Positions 51,622-61,820 are shown, counted from the stretch's first letter. The stretch: 64,000 bases of DNA from an uncultured Caulobacteraceae bacterium (GCA_964432415.1 CAYSNW010000008.1:15726-79725); one strand, 5' to 3'. Numbers and translations are program-made. Notes: generated by a model not told the origin, from the sequence alone.

Positions 51622-53850
51622 TCAAGCCGTTGGGGCGGGCGGGTTCGCCGCCGCCTTTCGAGTGCGCGGGAATTTCAGGGCGACCCGCGCGCCGGTCAGT
51701 TCGACCGCGTCGCCGAGCAGGAGCTCGCCGCCATGGTCCTCACAGATACGCTTCACGATCGCGAGGCCGAGGCCCGTGCCCTTCTCGCGTGTCGTCACAT
51801 AGGGTTCGGTCAGCCGGTCACGATCCTTGGCCGGCAGGCCGACGCCGTCGTCCTCGACCACGAAGGTCAGGCTGTCCTCGTCGATGACGAGCTTGGCGAT
51901 CATCCGCCGCGGCCCCTCGGGATCGAGCGCCAGGCGCGCGGTCACCGCCTCGCCGGCGTTCTTCAGCACATTGGTCAGGGCCTGGCCGACCATGCGGCCG
52001 TCGGCGACGAAGGGCGTCGTCTCCGAGATGTCCTGGCCCTGCAGATCGATCTCCGGATGGGCGACCTTCTGGGCGAAGACCGCCTGGCGCAGCAGCTCGG
52101 CGGCGTCCTCCTGAGCGAACTTGGGCGTGGGCATGCGCGCGAAGGCGGAGAACTCGTCGACCATGCGCCCGATGTCGCCGACCTGGCGCACGATGGTGTC
52201 GGTGCAGCGGTCGAAGGTCTCAAGGTCCCCGGTGATCTGGTCGCGGTACTTGCGCTTGAGCCGCTCGGCCGACAGCTGGATCGGGGTGAGCGGGTTCTTG
52301 ATCTCGTGGGCGATGCGCCGGGCCACGTCGCGCCAGGCGGCGTTGCGCTGGGCGGTCATCAGGCGGGTGATGTCATCGAAGGTCAGGACCAGCCCGCCCT
52401 CCTGGCCGCCGGAGACGCGCACCCTCAGACGCCGGGTCTCGCTGTCGCGGGTGATGTCGACGTCCTGGTCGGATTCCAGCACCGCGGCGTTGGCCACCAC
52501 CCGCGCCAGCTCCGGCGCGGTCTGGCCGAGCGAGCGGCCCAGCATCTCCTGCTCGGTCACCCCCAGCAGGGTCAGGGCCTGGGAGTTGGCGGCCGAAACC
52601 CGCCCGTGGCCGTCGACGCCCACCACACCGGCGCTGACGCCCGACAGCACGGTCTCGATGAAGCGGCGGCGGTCCTGGGCCTCCAGGCTGGCGTTCTTCA
52701 ACGCCTCCTGCTGCGCCTGAAGATCGCTCGTCATCCGGTTGAAAGCACGAGACAAGACGGCGATCTCTTCCGGGTCCTTGTCGGTCTCGACCCGCGCCGT
52801 CAGGTCCCCGCCGGCCACCCGGTCGGCGGCCTGCACCAGCTTGGCCACCGGCGCGGAGATGGCGCCTGCCGCCCCCATGCCCAGCCAGACGGAACCTACC
52901 AGCACCAGCAGCGCCGTCTGCACATAGGCCAGCACGAAGGCCGCCTGGATGGACTGGCGGCTGGCGGCGGCGTCGCGGTAGGCGACGATGGCCTGGTCGG
53001 AATTGGCCAGCTTGCCCATGATGCCGGGCTCGAGGAAGCGCACGGCGTAGAGGTAAACGTCGCCCTCCGCCCCCTGGTACCCCTCCAGCTTGCCGACAGC
53101 GCGAACCAGGTCGGGGCTGGCGAACATGCTGGTCTGGATCTCGCCCTGGGAGGCGTTGGCCAGAGTCTCCGGTGACGGCGCCCGGTAGGGCGGCGCCTGG
53201 GGCGCCTCGGCGCGGGCCAGGATCCGGCTCTTGTTGTCGATGACGTAGAGGGCCGGGTAGTTGCGCGCCTGGGCCAGGCTGACCAGGGCGGCAGAGAAGC
53301 TCAGGCGGTTGGGAAACAGCGCCCTGACCTGCTGCAGGTCGTTGGTCATGGTGACCATGTCGGCGCCGGCGGTGCGGCTCTGCTGGCCCAGATACTTGCG
53401 CCCGATGTCGGCGGAGTTCGCGACCGCCGCCTGCACACGCTCGGAGAACCAGCTCTCGACGCCGCGGGTGACCAGGCCGCCGAAGAACAGGGCGACCACG
53501 ACGGCGGGGACCACGGCGGCGGCGGCGAACAGGGTGACGAAGCGCAGATGCAGCCTCGCGCCCGCGTCGGTCCGGCGATCCTTGGCCAGGCGCACGACCC
53601 GTACGCCCACCGCCGTCGCCAGCCCCACGATCAGGACCAGATTGGCCGACAGGATCAGCAGCAGAAGCTTGGAGGCCGGCGCGATAGGACCGGAGCCCGG
53701 CGCCGATGCCACCAGCCAGATGGCCAGGAAGGTGACCAGCGAGGCGATGGCATAGCCCACGCCGAACGCAAAGCGCGCGCGCCGCGCGAGCGGAAGACGC
53801 TGCAAAAGGGTCACAGCCGGCGCGCCCTTGCGGGCGAAGGCATTGAGCAT
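51622..53850 (-). CDS. ntrY: sensor histidine kinase NtrY
   Basis: N-terminal TMs, HAMP, PAS, then HisKA (IAHEIKNPLTPIQLSAERL) and HATPase domains. Confidence 0.9.
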   Translation of the reverse strand: MLNAFARKGAPAVTLLQRLPLARRARFAFGVGYAIASLVTFLAIWLVASAPGSGPIAPASKLLLLILSANLVLIVGLATAVGVRVVRLAKDRRTDAGARLHLRFVTLFAAAAVVPAVVVALFFGGLVTRGVESWFSERVQAAVANSADIGRKYLGQQSRTAGADMVTMTNDLQQVRALFPNRLSFSAALVSLAQARNYPALYVIDNKSRILARAEAPQAPPYRAPSPETLANASQGEIQTSMFASPDLVRAVGKLEGYQGAEGDVYLYAVRFLEPGIMGKLANSDQAIVAYRDAAASRQSIQAAFVLAYVQTALLVLVGSVWLGMGAAGAISAPVAKLVQAADRVAGGDLTARVETDKDPEEIAVLSRAFNRMTSDLQAQQEALKNASLEAQDRRRFIETVLSGVSAGVVGVDGHGRVSAANSQALTLLGVTEQEMLGRSLGQTAPELARVVANAAVLESDQDVDITRDSETRRLRVRVSGGQEGGLVLTFDDITRLMTAQRNAAWRDVARRIAHEIKNPLTPIQLSAERLKRKYRDQITGDLETFDRCTDTIVRQVGDIGRMVDEFSAFARMPTPKFAQEDAAELLRQAVFAQKVAHPEIDLQGQDISETTPFVADGRMVGQALTNVLKNAGEAVTARLALDPEGPRRMIAKLVIDEDSLTFVVEDDGVGLPAKDRDRLTEPYVTTREKGTGLGLAIVKRICEDHGGELLLGDAVELTGARVALKFPRTRKAAANPPAPTA

Positions 53851-53943
53851 GGGGCGATGATATGCCGGGACTGTGCCCCAAACTCAACAGCTATGTTGCG
53901 TTAACGGCGCAGTTTGCCGCCAGGGGACCGCGCGACTGTCGCC

Positions 53944-54951
53944 CTAGGCCGCCGCACGCGTCTCGGCGCGCCACAGGGCGATCAGTTCCGCCTCGACCTC
54001 GCCCGGCGTCTCCAGCCGGCACAGACGAGCCTTCTCGGCCCGACGCACCAGCGGATCCTGCGGCCAGGGCGCCTGTTCGACGTACCAGCCCAGGTGCTTG
54101 CGGAACATCTTGAGCCCCAGCTTCTCGCCGTAGAAGGCCAGGCTCTCGCGGAAATGATCGAGCACGATCGCGAGCCGTTCCTCCAGGCCCGGTTCCGCGG
54201 AAGCGCCGCCTCCGGCCAGGGCCCGCTCGATCGCGGCCGCCAGCCAGGGCCGGCCATAGACCGCACGGCCGAGCATCACCGCGTCCGCCCCGGACTGGGC
54301 CAGGGCCTCGCGCGCGCTGGCGGCGTCGACGATGTCGCCATTGGCGATCACGGGGATGGACACTGCCGCCTTGACCTCGGCGATGGCGCGCCAGTCGGCG
54401 CTCCCCTTGTAGAACTGTTGGCGGGTGCGGCCGTGCACGGTCACCGCCTGGACCCCGATGGCCTCGGCCCGCGCCGCCAGCTCGGCCGCGTTGCGCGTAC
54501 TGTCGTCCCAGCCCAGGCGCATCTTCACCGTCACCGGACGCGACGTCGCCTCCACCGCGGCCGAGATCAGGGCGCAGGCCCGGTCGAGATCGCGCATCAG
54601 GGCCGAACCGGACAGGCCGCCGGTGACCTCCTTGGCGGGACAGCCGAAGTTCAGGTCGATCAGGTCCGCGCCGGCGGCCTCGGCCATGCGTGCGCCGGAC
54701 GCCATGAAGCGTTCCTCGCGGCCGACCAGCTGGATCACGGTCAAGGGCAGGCCCTCGCCGACCGCGGCGCGGCGGACCACGTCGGGGCGCCCGCGCGCCA
54801 GCTCCCGGGCCGCCACCATCTCGGTCGCCACATAGGGCGCCGACAGCCGCGAAGCCGCCCGCCGGAACGGCAGGTCCGACACCCCGGTCATGGGCGCGAT
54901 CAGCACCCGGCCGGGGATTTCGACGTCGCCGATGTGGAACGACCGTGTCAT
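53944..54951 (-). CDS. dusB: tRNA-dihydrouridine synthase B (NifR3)
   Basis: LAPMTGVSDLPFRR...DLNFGCPAKEV...GRT motifs. Confidence 0.9.
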   Translation of the reverse strand: MTRSFHIGDVEIPGRVLIAPMTGVSDLPFRRAASRLSAPYVATEMVAARELARGRPDVVRRAAVGEGLPLTVIQLVGREERFMASGARMAEAAGADLIDLNFGCPAKEVTGGLSGSALMRDLDRACALISAAVEATSRPVTVKMRLGWDDSTRNAAELAARAEAIGVQAVTVHGRTRQQFYKGSADWRAIAEVKAAVSIPVIANGDIVDAASAREALAQSGADAVMLGRAVYGRPWLAAAIERALAGGGASAEPGLEERLAIVLDHFRESLAFYGEKLGLKMFRKHLGWYVEQAPWPQDPLVRRAEKARLCRLETPGEVEAELIALWRAETRAAA

Positions 54952-55028
54952 GGCGGCGGGTTGTGGCGCGCCCGGCCGCTCGCGTCCAGCCTTGCCACGG
55001 TCGCAGCCTTGGCCGATAGGCGCAGACC

Positions 55029-56174
55029 ATGACGATGAGCTTCGACGCGATTGTGGTGGCGGCCGGCTCCGGCCAGCGCGCGGGCGGCGCCAAGCAGTGG
55101 CGTCGGCTCGCCGGCAAGCCCGTGGCCCGCTGGTCGGCGGAGGCCCTGCTGGCCGCCGGTGCGCGGACCGTCGCCGTGGCCATTCCGGCCGCCGATCGGG
55201 CGATGGCCGAGGAGGTGTTCGCCGGCCTCAAGCTCACCCTGGTCGATGGTGGTTCGACGCGGCGCGCCTCTGTGCAGGCGGCGCTGGACGCCCTCCCCCC
55301 CGCCGGCGCCGACGCCATCCTTGTCCACGACGCCGCCCGGCCGCTGGTGACCCCTGCCCACGTCGCGGCCCTGTTGTCGGCGCTGGCCGATCTCGAAGGC
55401 GCCATCCCTGCCCTTCCCGTCGCCGACACCCTCAAGCGCGAGGTCGCGGGCCAGGTCGAGGCCACGGTCTCGCGCGACGGCCTCTGGCGCGCCCAGACCC
55501 CCCAAGCCTTCCGCGCCACTGCGCTGCGCGCCGCCTACGCCGAATGGCCGGCGGACCTGGAGCCCACCGACGACGCCTCGATGGTCGAACACAGCGGCGG
55601 GCGCATCGCGCTCGTCCCCGGCGACCCGCGCCTGATGAAACTGACCTACCCGGAGGACTTCGCCATGGCCGGGGCGCTGGCGGGCCAAATGCGGACCATC
55701 CGCGTCGGCCAGGGATACGACGCCCACCGCTTCGGTCCCGGCGAGGCGGTCTGGCTCTGCGGGATCGAGATCGCGCACGACCGCAGCCTGATCGGCCACT
55801 CCGACGCGGACGCCGGCCTGCATGCGCTCACCGACGCGGTGCTGGGCGCCATCGCCGCCGGCGACATCGGCGACTGGTTCCCGCCCTCGGACCCGCAGTG
55901 GAAGGACGCCGCGTCCGACCGCTTCCTGGCCTTTGCGGTGGACAAGGTGCGCGAGCGGGGCGGCCGCCTCGTCGCCTGCGACGTGACCCTGATCTGCGAA
56001 CGCCCGAAGATCAAACCGCACCGCGAGGCCATGCGCGCCCGCATCGCCGACATCACCGGCCTTCCCTTGGACGCCGTCAGCGTGAAGGCCACCACCACCG
56101 AGGGCATGGGCTTCACCGGCCGCGAGGAAGGATTGGCGGCCCAGGCGGTGGCGACGGTGGAACTGCCGGGCTGA
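55029..56174 (+). CDS. ispDF: bifunctional 2-C-methyl-D-erythritol 4-phosphate cytidylyltransferase / 2,4-cyclodiphosphate synthase
   Basis: IspD N-terminal AIVVAAGSGQRAG. IspF C-terminal RVGQGYDAHRF...GHSDADAGLHA. Confidence 0.9.
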   Translation: MTMSFDAIVVAAGSGQRAGGAKQWRRLAGKPVARWSAEALLAAGARTVAVAIPAADRAMAEEVFAGLKLTLVDGGSTRRASVQAALDALPPAGADAILVHDAARPLVTPAHVAALLSALADLEGAIPALPVADTLKREVAGQVEATVSRDGLWRAQTPQAFRATALRAAYAEWPADLEPTDDASMVEHSGGRIALVPGDPRLMKLTYPEDFAMAGALAGQMRTIRVGQGYDAHRFGPGEAVWLCGIEIAHDRSLIGHSDADAGLHALTDAVLGAIAAGDIGDWFPPSDPQWKDAASDRFLAFAVDKVRERGGRLVACDVTLICERPKIKPHREAMRARIADITGLPLDAVSVKATTTEGMGFTGREEGLAAQAVATVELPG

Positions 56175-56178
56175 GGTC

Positions 56179-58479
56179 CTACTTACCCTTGCCCTGCTGG
56201 ATGTGCCGCCAGAGCGCCCCGATCAGGTTGGTGTAGTCGTCGGTCCAGGGCTTGGTCTTTGACGCCGGCGGGACCTGCCAGCGCTTGTCGGCCCGGAAGT
56301 CGGCCAGGGCTTCCGGCGTCCGCGCAAACAGCACCGCCTCGGTCGAGGCCTCCCAGCCGTAGGGCTGGCTGGCGCGCTCAAGATAGACCTGTTGCAGCAC
56401 CGGCGCGCCGATGGCCTTGGCGGTGGCGACCGCCGAGGTCGTGATCTCGAGGTTGCGGTTGGACAGGTGCAGCAGCACCACCCCGCCCGGCTTGACCACG
56501 TCCAGATAGCCCTTCAGCGCCTCGGTGGTCAGCAGGTGGGTCGGCACGCTGTCCGACGAGAAGGCGTCGACCATCAGCACGTCGAAGCGCCCACGCGGCT
56601 GCTTGGCCAGCGTCAGGCGCGCGTCGCCCATGACCACCGCCACCCCGCCACGGGCGCAATAGGTGGTGTAGCTGAACCGGCTGGGATCGAAGGCGAAGTG
56701 CAGCACCTTCGGATCGATCTCGAAATAGGTCAGGTGATCGGACGCGCGCTTGTAGGCGGCCAGCGCTCCCGACCCCAGGCCGACCACGCCGATGTCGGCG
56801 GCCGGCATGCGGCGCTGGATCATCGCCACGGTCTGCCCGATGGGGGTGACCTGGGCGTAGTAGAGCATCGGGTGGCAGCGGATCTCGGGGCGGGGATCGT
56901 TATTGGCCTGAGCCCCGTGCAGCGTCGATCCGTTGAGCATCAGGGTGAGCGGCTTGCCGTAGTAGGTGGTGTCCTGGCTGGCGGTCCTGAGCACCCCGAA
57001 GAAGCTGCGCTCGGTGTGCAGCCAGTGATAGCGCCCGGCGACGTCCTGGGCCCCGATCCACAGGGCTGCGAGCGCGATGGTGAACAGGACGGCCCGGTCG
57101 CGGATCAGGAAGGCGGCGATCGACCCGGCGCCCAGCAGCAGGTGGGCCACCAGCACGGCGTTGTCGTAGCCGTCGCGGAAGCCGTCGATCGAGGTGTGCA
57201 TGCCGACCGCGACTTCCGGATGCGCCTTGATGATCGAGAACAGGGTGAAGCAGGCCGCCGCCAGGGCCAGCGCCGTCCCGAAGGCGTACTTGTCCCGGAA
57301 GCTCGCCTTGCCCTCGCCACGCGGCCGGACCAGCCCGGCCAGGACCAGCACGATCGGGTACTCCCAGATCACGTGGAAGATCAGGGGCGCGAGGATGGCG
57401 TTGAAGACGCCGCCGAGGACGCCCCCCAGCGAGAGCCACAGGTAGAACTCGGTCAGCCGGTCCGGCGGCGGACGCCGGGCCGCCAGGGTCTGGTGACACA
57501 TCAGGGCGGTGAAGAAGAAGGTCGCCAGGTTGAGTGCGAACAGGGTGACCCAATCGCCCGTGTTGAACGGGAGCAGCGCCACGCAGGCCGCCGCGAACAG
57601 GCCCTGCAGGATCAGGGTCCATTTCAGCGGGATCAACGGCTTGGACTGGAAGGCCAGGACGAAGGTCAGCAGATAGACCGCCAGCGGCGCGACCCACAGG
57701 AAGGGCGCCGAGGCGATGTCCATCGACAGGTGCATGGTCACGCCCAGCATCAGGCTGGAGGGGATGGCCGCCAGCGCCAGCCAGATCAGCCGCTCGCGCC
57801 AGGTCACGGGCGTGGTGGCGGCCAGGGGCGCGGTCTCCTCGTCGGAGGCGCGCCAGCTGATGAAGGCCAGGACCGCAATCAGCGCGATGAACACGAAATA
57901 GGCCCCCGACCACAGGGTGCGCTGGGTGGTCAGGCGCAGCAGCGGCTCCACGATGGTCGGATAGGCCAGCAGCGCGGCGAAGCTGCCGAGGTTCGAGGCG
58001 GCGTAAAGGACGTAGGGGTTCTCGGCGTCGGGATAGCCTTTCCTCACCCGCGCGTACCAGGCCTGCAGCAGGGGCGCGGTGGCCGACAGCACCGCGAACG
58101 GCGCGCCGATCGAGAGTGTCAGCACCCCCAGAAGCCAGGGGATCGGCATGCCCGTGGGCGGATCGCCGAGCAGGCCGCTCACTTTCAGCGGCAGCACCAG
58201 GGCGGCCAACAGCAGCAGGCCGACGTGGATGACGATCTGGGTGCGGATCGAGCGCACCCGCTGCACCGCGTGGGCGTAACCGTAGCCCGCCAGCAGCGCC
58301 GCCTGGAAGAACACCATCGAGGTGTTCCACACCGCCGGCGAGCCGCCGAGCTTGGGCAGCACCAGCTTGGCGATCATCGGCTCGACCAGGAAGACCAGGG
58401 CCGCGCTGGTGAAGATGGCCAGCGCATAGAGCGGCGGCGCGGCGCGAGAGCCGGGTGCGGCGACGGCGGTAGCGGACAT
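56179..58479 (-). CDS. fused polytopic membrane domain plus spermidine-synthase-like (polyamine aminopropyltransferase fold) protein
   Basis: 766 aa. More than 12 N-terminal TM helices. C-terminal GLGSGALAAY...DVLMVDAFSSDSVPTHLLTTE motif. Confidence 0.8.
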   Translation of the reverse strand: MSATAVAAPGSRAAPPLYALAIFTSAALVFLVEPMIAKLVLPKLGGSPAVWNTSMVFFQAALLAGYGYAHAVQRVRSIRTQIVIHVGLLLLAALVLPLKVSGLLGDPPTGMPIPWLLGVLTLSIGAPFAVLSATAPLLQAWYARVRKGYPDAENPYVLYAASNLGSFAALLAYPTIVEPLLRLTTQRTLWSGAYFVFIALIAVLAFISWRASDEETAPLAATTPVTWRERLIWLALAAIPSSLMLGVTMHLSMDIASAPFLWVAPLAVYLLTFVLAFQSKPLIPLKWTLILQGLFAAACVALLPFNTGDWVTLFALNLATFFFTALMCHQTLAARRPPPDRLTEFYLWLSLGGVLGGVFNAILAPLIFHVIWEYPIVLVLAGLVRPRGEGKASFRDKYAFGTALALAAACFTLFSIIKAHPEVAVGMHTSIDGFRDGYDNAVLVAHLLLGAGSIAAFLIRDRAVLFTIALAALWIGAQDVAGRYHWLHTERSFFGVLRTASQDTTYYGKPLTLMLNGSTLHGAQANNDPRPEIRCHPMLYYAQVTPIGQTVAMIQRRMPAADIGVVGLGSGALAAYKRASDHLTYFEIDPKVLHFAFDPSRFSYTTYCARGGVAVVMGDARLTLAKQPRGRFDVLMVDAFSSDSVPTHLLTTEALKGYLDVVKPGGVVLLHLSNRNLEITTSAVATAKAIGAPVLQQVYLERASQPYGWEASTEAVLFARTPEALADFRADKRWQVPPASKTKPWTDDYTNLIGALWRHIQQGKGK

Positions 58480-58569
58480 TCAGGCTCCCCAATCCCAAGA
58501 ACCGCTGCGGTCCGCACGCGTTGGCGCTATCTAGGACCGACTCAGACCGCAGCAGGGGCGCAGGCTGGC

Positions 58570-59061
58570 ATGTTTCCCGACGACGTCGTAGCCGCCGCCA
58601 ACGCCGTGCTCGAGGCGGCCAAGGCGAAGGGCCTGAAGGTCGCCACAGCGGAGAGCTGCACGGCGGGTCTTGTCGCGGGCGCGCTGACCGCCATCTCCGG
58701 CTCGGCCGACGTGGTCGAGCGCGGGTTCATCACCTATTCCAACGAAGCCAAGGCCGAGATGCTGGGCATAGACCCGGCGCTTATCGAGGATGTCGGCGCC
58801 GTCTCCGAATCCGTCGCCCGCGCGATGGCGCAAGGCGCTCTGGCCCATTCCCACGCCGACCTTGCGGTCTCGATCACCGGTATTGCGGGCCCGACCGGCG
58901 GTACGCCGCTCAAGCCCGTCGGCCTGGTCTATTTCGCCACGGCGATGCGCGGCGGCCAGACCGTGGCGCGCCATGAGCTGTTCGGAAACCTGGGGCGCGA
59001 ACGGGTGCGCGAAGCCAGCGTCAGGGTCGCGCTGGACTTGCTGCTGGACCGGCTGCGCTAG
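58570..59061 (+). CDS. CinA-family protein, C-terminal domain type (nicotinamide-nucleotide amidohydrolase PncC-like)
   Basis: In-frame ATG at 58570 (MFPDDVVAAANAV...ATAESCTAGL...). Confidence 0.85.
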   Translation: MFPDDVVAAANAVLEAAKAKGLKVATAESCTAGLVAGALTAISGSADVVERGFITYSNEAKAEMLGIDPALIEDVGAVSESVARAMAQGALAHSHADLAVSITGIAGPTGGTPLKPVGLVYFATAMRGGQTVARHELFGNLGRERVREASVRVALDLLLDRLR

Positions 59062-59518
59062 AGGTCCCGCCGAACGGGGCGTAGAGCGCCATCGCCCGGC
59101 TTTCGAAGCAGGCGATCAGCTTGTTCGCCGCCCGGTCGAAGTTGGCCGCCAGCATGGCGTCCAGCAGGCGCGACTTAAACTCGAAGTCGATGTCGAACTG
59201 GACGGTGGTCCCGACCGGGTGCGGCTCGAAAACCCAGACGTTCCGCAGCCGCCGGAAGGGTCCGGACAGCAGGCTGACCTCGATGCGATGGGCGCCGGCG
59301 TCGCGGCGCACGCGGGTGGAGAAGCGCTCCTTCAGGAAGGAAAATCCGACCCGGGATTCCGCGTCGAGGGCGGTGACGCCGTCGCCCTCGCTGTGTTCGT
59401 TCCATACCCGCATGCCGGTGATCCAGGGCACGAACTCCGGATAGCGGCGCACGTCTCCGACCAGGCCGAACAGCTGGTCGGGCGTGTAGGGCATCAGCTT
59501 GGTGACGTGGTGGCGCAC
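59021..59518 (-). CDS. SRPBCC-fold protein (RatA / polyketide-cyclase-like)
   Basis: 165 aa; PYTPDQLFGLVGDVRRYPEFVPW pattern. The 3' end overlaps the convergent CinA gene by about 40 nt. Confidence 0.75.
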   Translation of the reverse strand: MRHHVTKLMPYTPDQLFGLVGDVRRYPEFVPWITGMRVWNEHSEGDGVTALDAESRVGFSFLKERFSTRVRRDAGAHRIEVSLLSGPFRRLRNVWVFEPHPVGTTVQFDIDFEFKSRLLDAMLAANFDRAANKLIACFESRAMALYAPFGGTSSAAGPAASPARP

Positions 59519-59538
59519 CTATTGCCTCCCTACACCCC

Positions 59539-59715
59539 CGCCCTTCCCCCCTCGACGGGGAAGGTGGGCCCGTCAGGGCTCGGATGGGGGGCGGCGCGGC
59601 AGCAGAGTAGGTTCGCATAGATCGAAGAAAGAGGCCGGCGCCTGGCCCCGAGGCTTCGGCGCGGCCCGCCATCCGGCTCCTTGCGTCGCCACCTTCCCCC
59701 TCGAGGGGGGAAGGG
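59539..59715. repeat. about 180-bp MITE-like intergenic element, family copy B (cccttcccccctcgacggggaaggtgg ... cggatggggggcggcgc ... gcgcggcccgccatccgg ... caccttccccctcgaggggggaagg)
   Basis: Read directly. Located between the SRPBCC gene and lipA. Confidence 0.7.
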
Positions 59716-59732
59716 CGCTGAGTGACGCTGCA

Positions 59733-60674
59733 TCAGCCCCGCGCCGCCTTCAGCCGCGCGAAGTCCTCGCCCGCGTGATGGGACGAGCGGGTCAGCGGAC
59801 TGGCCGAGACCATCAGGAAGCCCTTGGCCCAGGCGATGGACTCGTAGGCCTTGAACTCTTCCGGCGTGACGAAGCGGTCGAGGGCGGCGTGCTTGCGGGT
59901 GGGCTGCAGGTACTGGCCGATGGTGATGAAGTCGACGCCGGCCGAGCGCATGTCGTCCATCACCTGCATGACCTCCTCCTTGGTCTCGCCGAGACCGACC
60001 ATCAGGCCGGACTTGGTGAACTGGGCGGGGTCTCGCCGCTTGACCTGATCGAGCAGGCGCAGGGAGTGGTAGTAGCGCGCGCCGGGACGGATCTTCAGAT
60101 ACAGCCGCGGCACGGTCTCGAGGTTGTGGTTGAACACGTCGGGCCGCGAGTCGATCACGACCTCGGCGGCGCCGTCCTTCCTGAGGAAATCCGGCGTCAG
60201 GATCTCGATGGTGGTTCCGGGGGCCTGCAGGCGGATCTGGCGCACGGTCTCGGCGAAGTGCTCGGCGCCGCCGTCGTTCAGGTCGTCCCGATCGACCGAG
60301 GTGATGACCACGTGTTTCAGGCCCATCTCGGCCACCGCGCGACCGACCTTGACCGGCTCGTCCGCGTCCAGCGCGCCGGGCATGCCGGTCTTGACGTTGC
60401 AGAAGGCGCAGGCCCGCGTGCAGGTGTCGCCCATGATCATCAGGGTGGCGTGCTTCTGGCTCCAGCACTCGCCGATGTTCGGGCAGGACGCTTCCTCGCA
60501 GACCGTGTGCAGGCCCTTGTCGTGGACGATCTTCCGGGTCTCGAGATAGGCGCCGGATCCCGGCGCGCGCACCCGCAGCCAGTCGGGCTTGCGCAGCACC
60601 GGGCTGTCGGGACGTTCGCGCTTTTCGGGGTGACGCAGCGCACGCGCGGCGACCGTATCGATGACCGTGACCAT
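59733..60674 (-). CDS. lipA: lipoyl synthase
   Basis: Radical-SAM CxxxCxxC (CTRACAFC) and auxiliary-cluster Cys motifs, within a typical LipA sequence. Confidence 0.9.
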   Translation of the reverse strand: MVTVIDTVAARALRHPEKRERPDSPVLRKPDWLRVRAPGSGAYLETRKIVHDKGLHTVCEEASCPNIGECWSQKHATLMIMGDTCTRACAFCNVKTGMPGALDADEPVKVGRAVAEMGLKHVVITSVDRDDLNDGGAEHFAETVRQIRLQAPGTTIEILTPDFLRKDGAAEVVIDSRPDVFNHNLETVPRLYLKIRPGARYYHSLRLLDQVKRRDPAQFTKSGLMVGLGETKEEVMQVMDDMRSAGVDFITIGQYLQPTRKHAALDRFVTPEEFKAYESIAWAKGFLMVSASPLTRSSHHAGEDFARLKAARG

Positions 60675-60792
60675 AAGCTTCTTCGCGACGCCTCCGCGGG
60701 AACGGTTGCTATGTCGTCTTTTCGACGTCCCATATCAAGCGCAGGAGGCGAGCCGTCTCGCCGAAACCGCCCGCAGGGGCTATGGATTGGGC

Positions 60793-61743
60793 GTGCGCGG
60801 GGCGGTCATTGCATTGGTGGTTCTGGCGGCCCTGACGGGCTGCAAGCGGCGTGAGGACATCGCGTCGCAGGACACCCGCACCCCGCCCTCGCTCGGCCCC
60901 CGCTTCTATCCGCCGGAAGGCTGGGCGTGGGGGACGGTGGCGCCGGAGGGCTCGCCCGCCATCCGCTACGGCGTCTCCTCGACCACCGGCACGCCCCGGG
61001 CGACGGTGATCCTGCTGGCCGGCGGCGGCGAGCCGGCCGAGACCTATTTCGAAACCGCCCGCGACCTGATCGACAAGGGCTTCACGGTCTGGATCCTGGA
61101 CCCGGCGCCCCGTCCCACGGCGGGCGCCCAGGCGTTGCGTTTCATGGTCGACAACGTCGTGCGGCCTCGGGCCGGCGATACGGTGGTCGTGGCGGCATAC
61201 GACTCGGGCGTGCTGGCCGCCCTGCTGGAGGCGGAGACCCAGCGCCCGCGGGTCAGCGGCCTGGTCCTGTGGTCGCCCAAGCTGGCCGAAGCGGAGGGCG
61301 ACGAGGCGCGAAAGCGGGTCGGCCAGGGCCTGGGCGCCTTCAAGGCCGCGGGCGAGCACGACTGGATCAGGCCCGACCACGACCTTTCCGGCCGGGCGAC
61401 CCTGGCCGACGCCTGGCGCACGGCCAACCCCGACCTGCGCCCCAAGCCGCGCCCGTGGAACTGGTTCCTGGCCCAGGCCGACGCCATCGCCGCCGCGGCC
61501 GATCCCGGGCGGGTCAAGTCGGTGGACCTGCCCGTGCTGGTGCTGGAGAGCGGCCGCGACGACCGGGCGCGCACCCTGTGCACAGCCCTGCCCCGCTGCG
61601 TGCGCACCACCCTCGAGACCGAGAAAGCGCCCCCTCACCTCGCCTCCGACCGGGTGCGCGGCGTCTGGCTGGCCGCCCTGACCGGCTTCGTCGAGGATCG
61701 CATCGCGGGCCGTGAGCTTCCCGCCCAGGCTCACGCGACGTAA
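60793..61743 (+). CDS. alpha/beta-hydrolase lipoprotein (lysophospholipase-like)
   Basis: GTG start giving MRGAVIALVVLAALTGC with an LTGC lipobox. Core segments VILLAGGGEP and AAYDSG. Confidence 0.6.
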   Translation: MRGAVIALVVLAALTGCKRREDIASQDTRTPPSLGPRFYPPEGWAWGTVAPEGSPAIRYGVSSTTGTPRATVILLAGGGEPAETYFETARDLIDKGFTVWILDPAPRPTAGAQALRFMVDNVVRPRAGDTVVVAAYDSGVLAALLEAETQRPRVSGLVLWSPKLAEAEGDEARKRVGQGLGAFKAAGEHDWIRPDHDLSGRATLADAWRTANPDLRPKPRPWNWFLAQADAIAAAADPGRVKSVDLPVLVLESGRDDRARTLCTALPRCVRTTLETEKAPPHLASDRVRGVWLAALTGFVEDRIAGRELPAQAHAT

Positions 61744-61820
61744 CTGACCTTTTCATGTGAAACGGAGCCGGATAGCCTCGCGTTCACAACAAGAAGACGA
61801 CTGTCTTCCAGAGAGGACGC

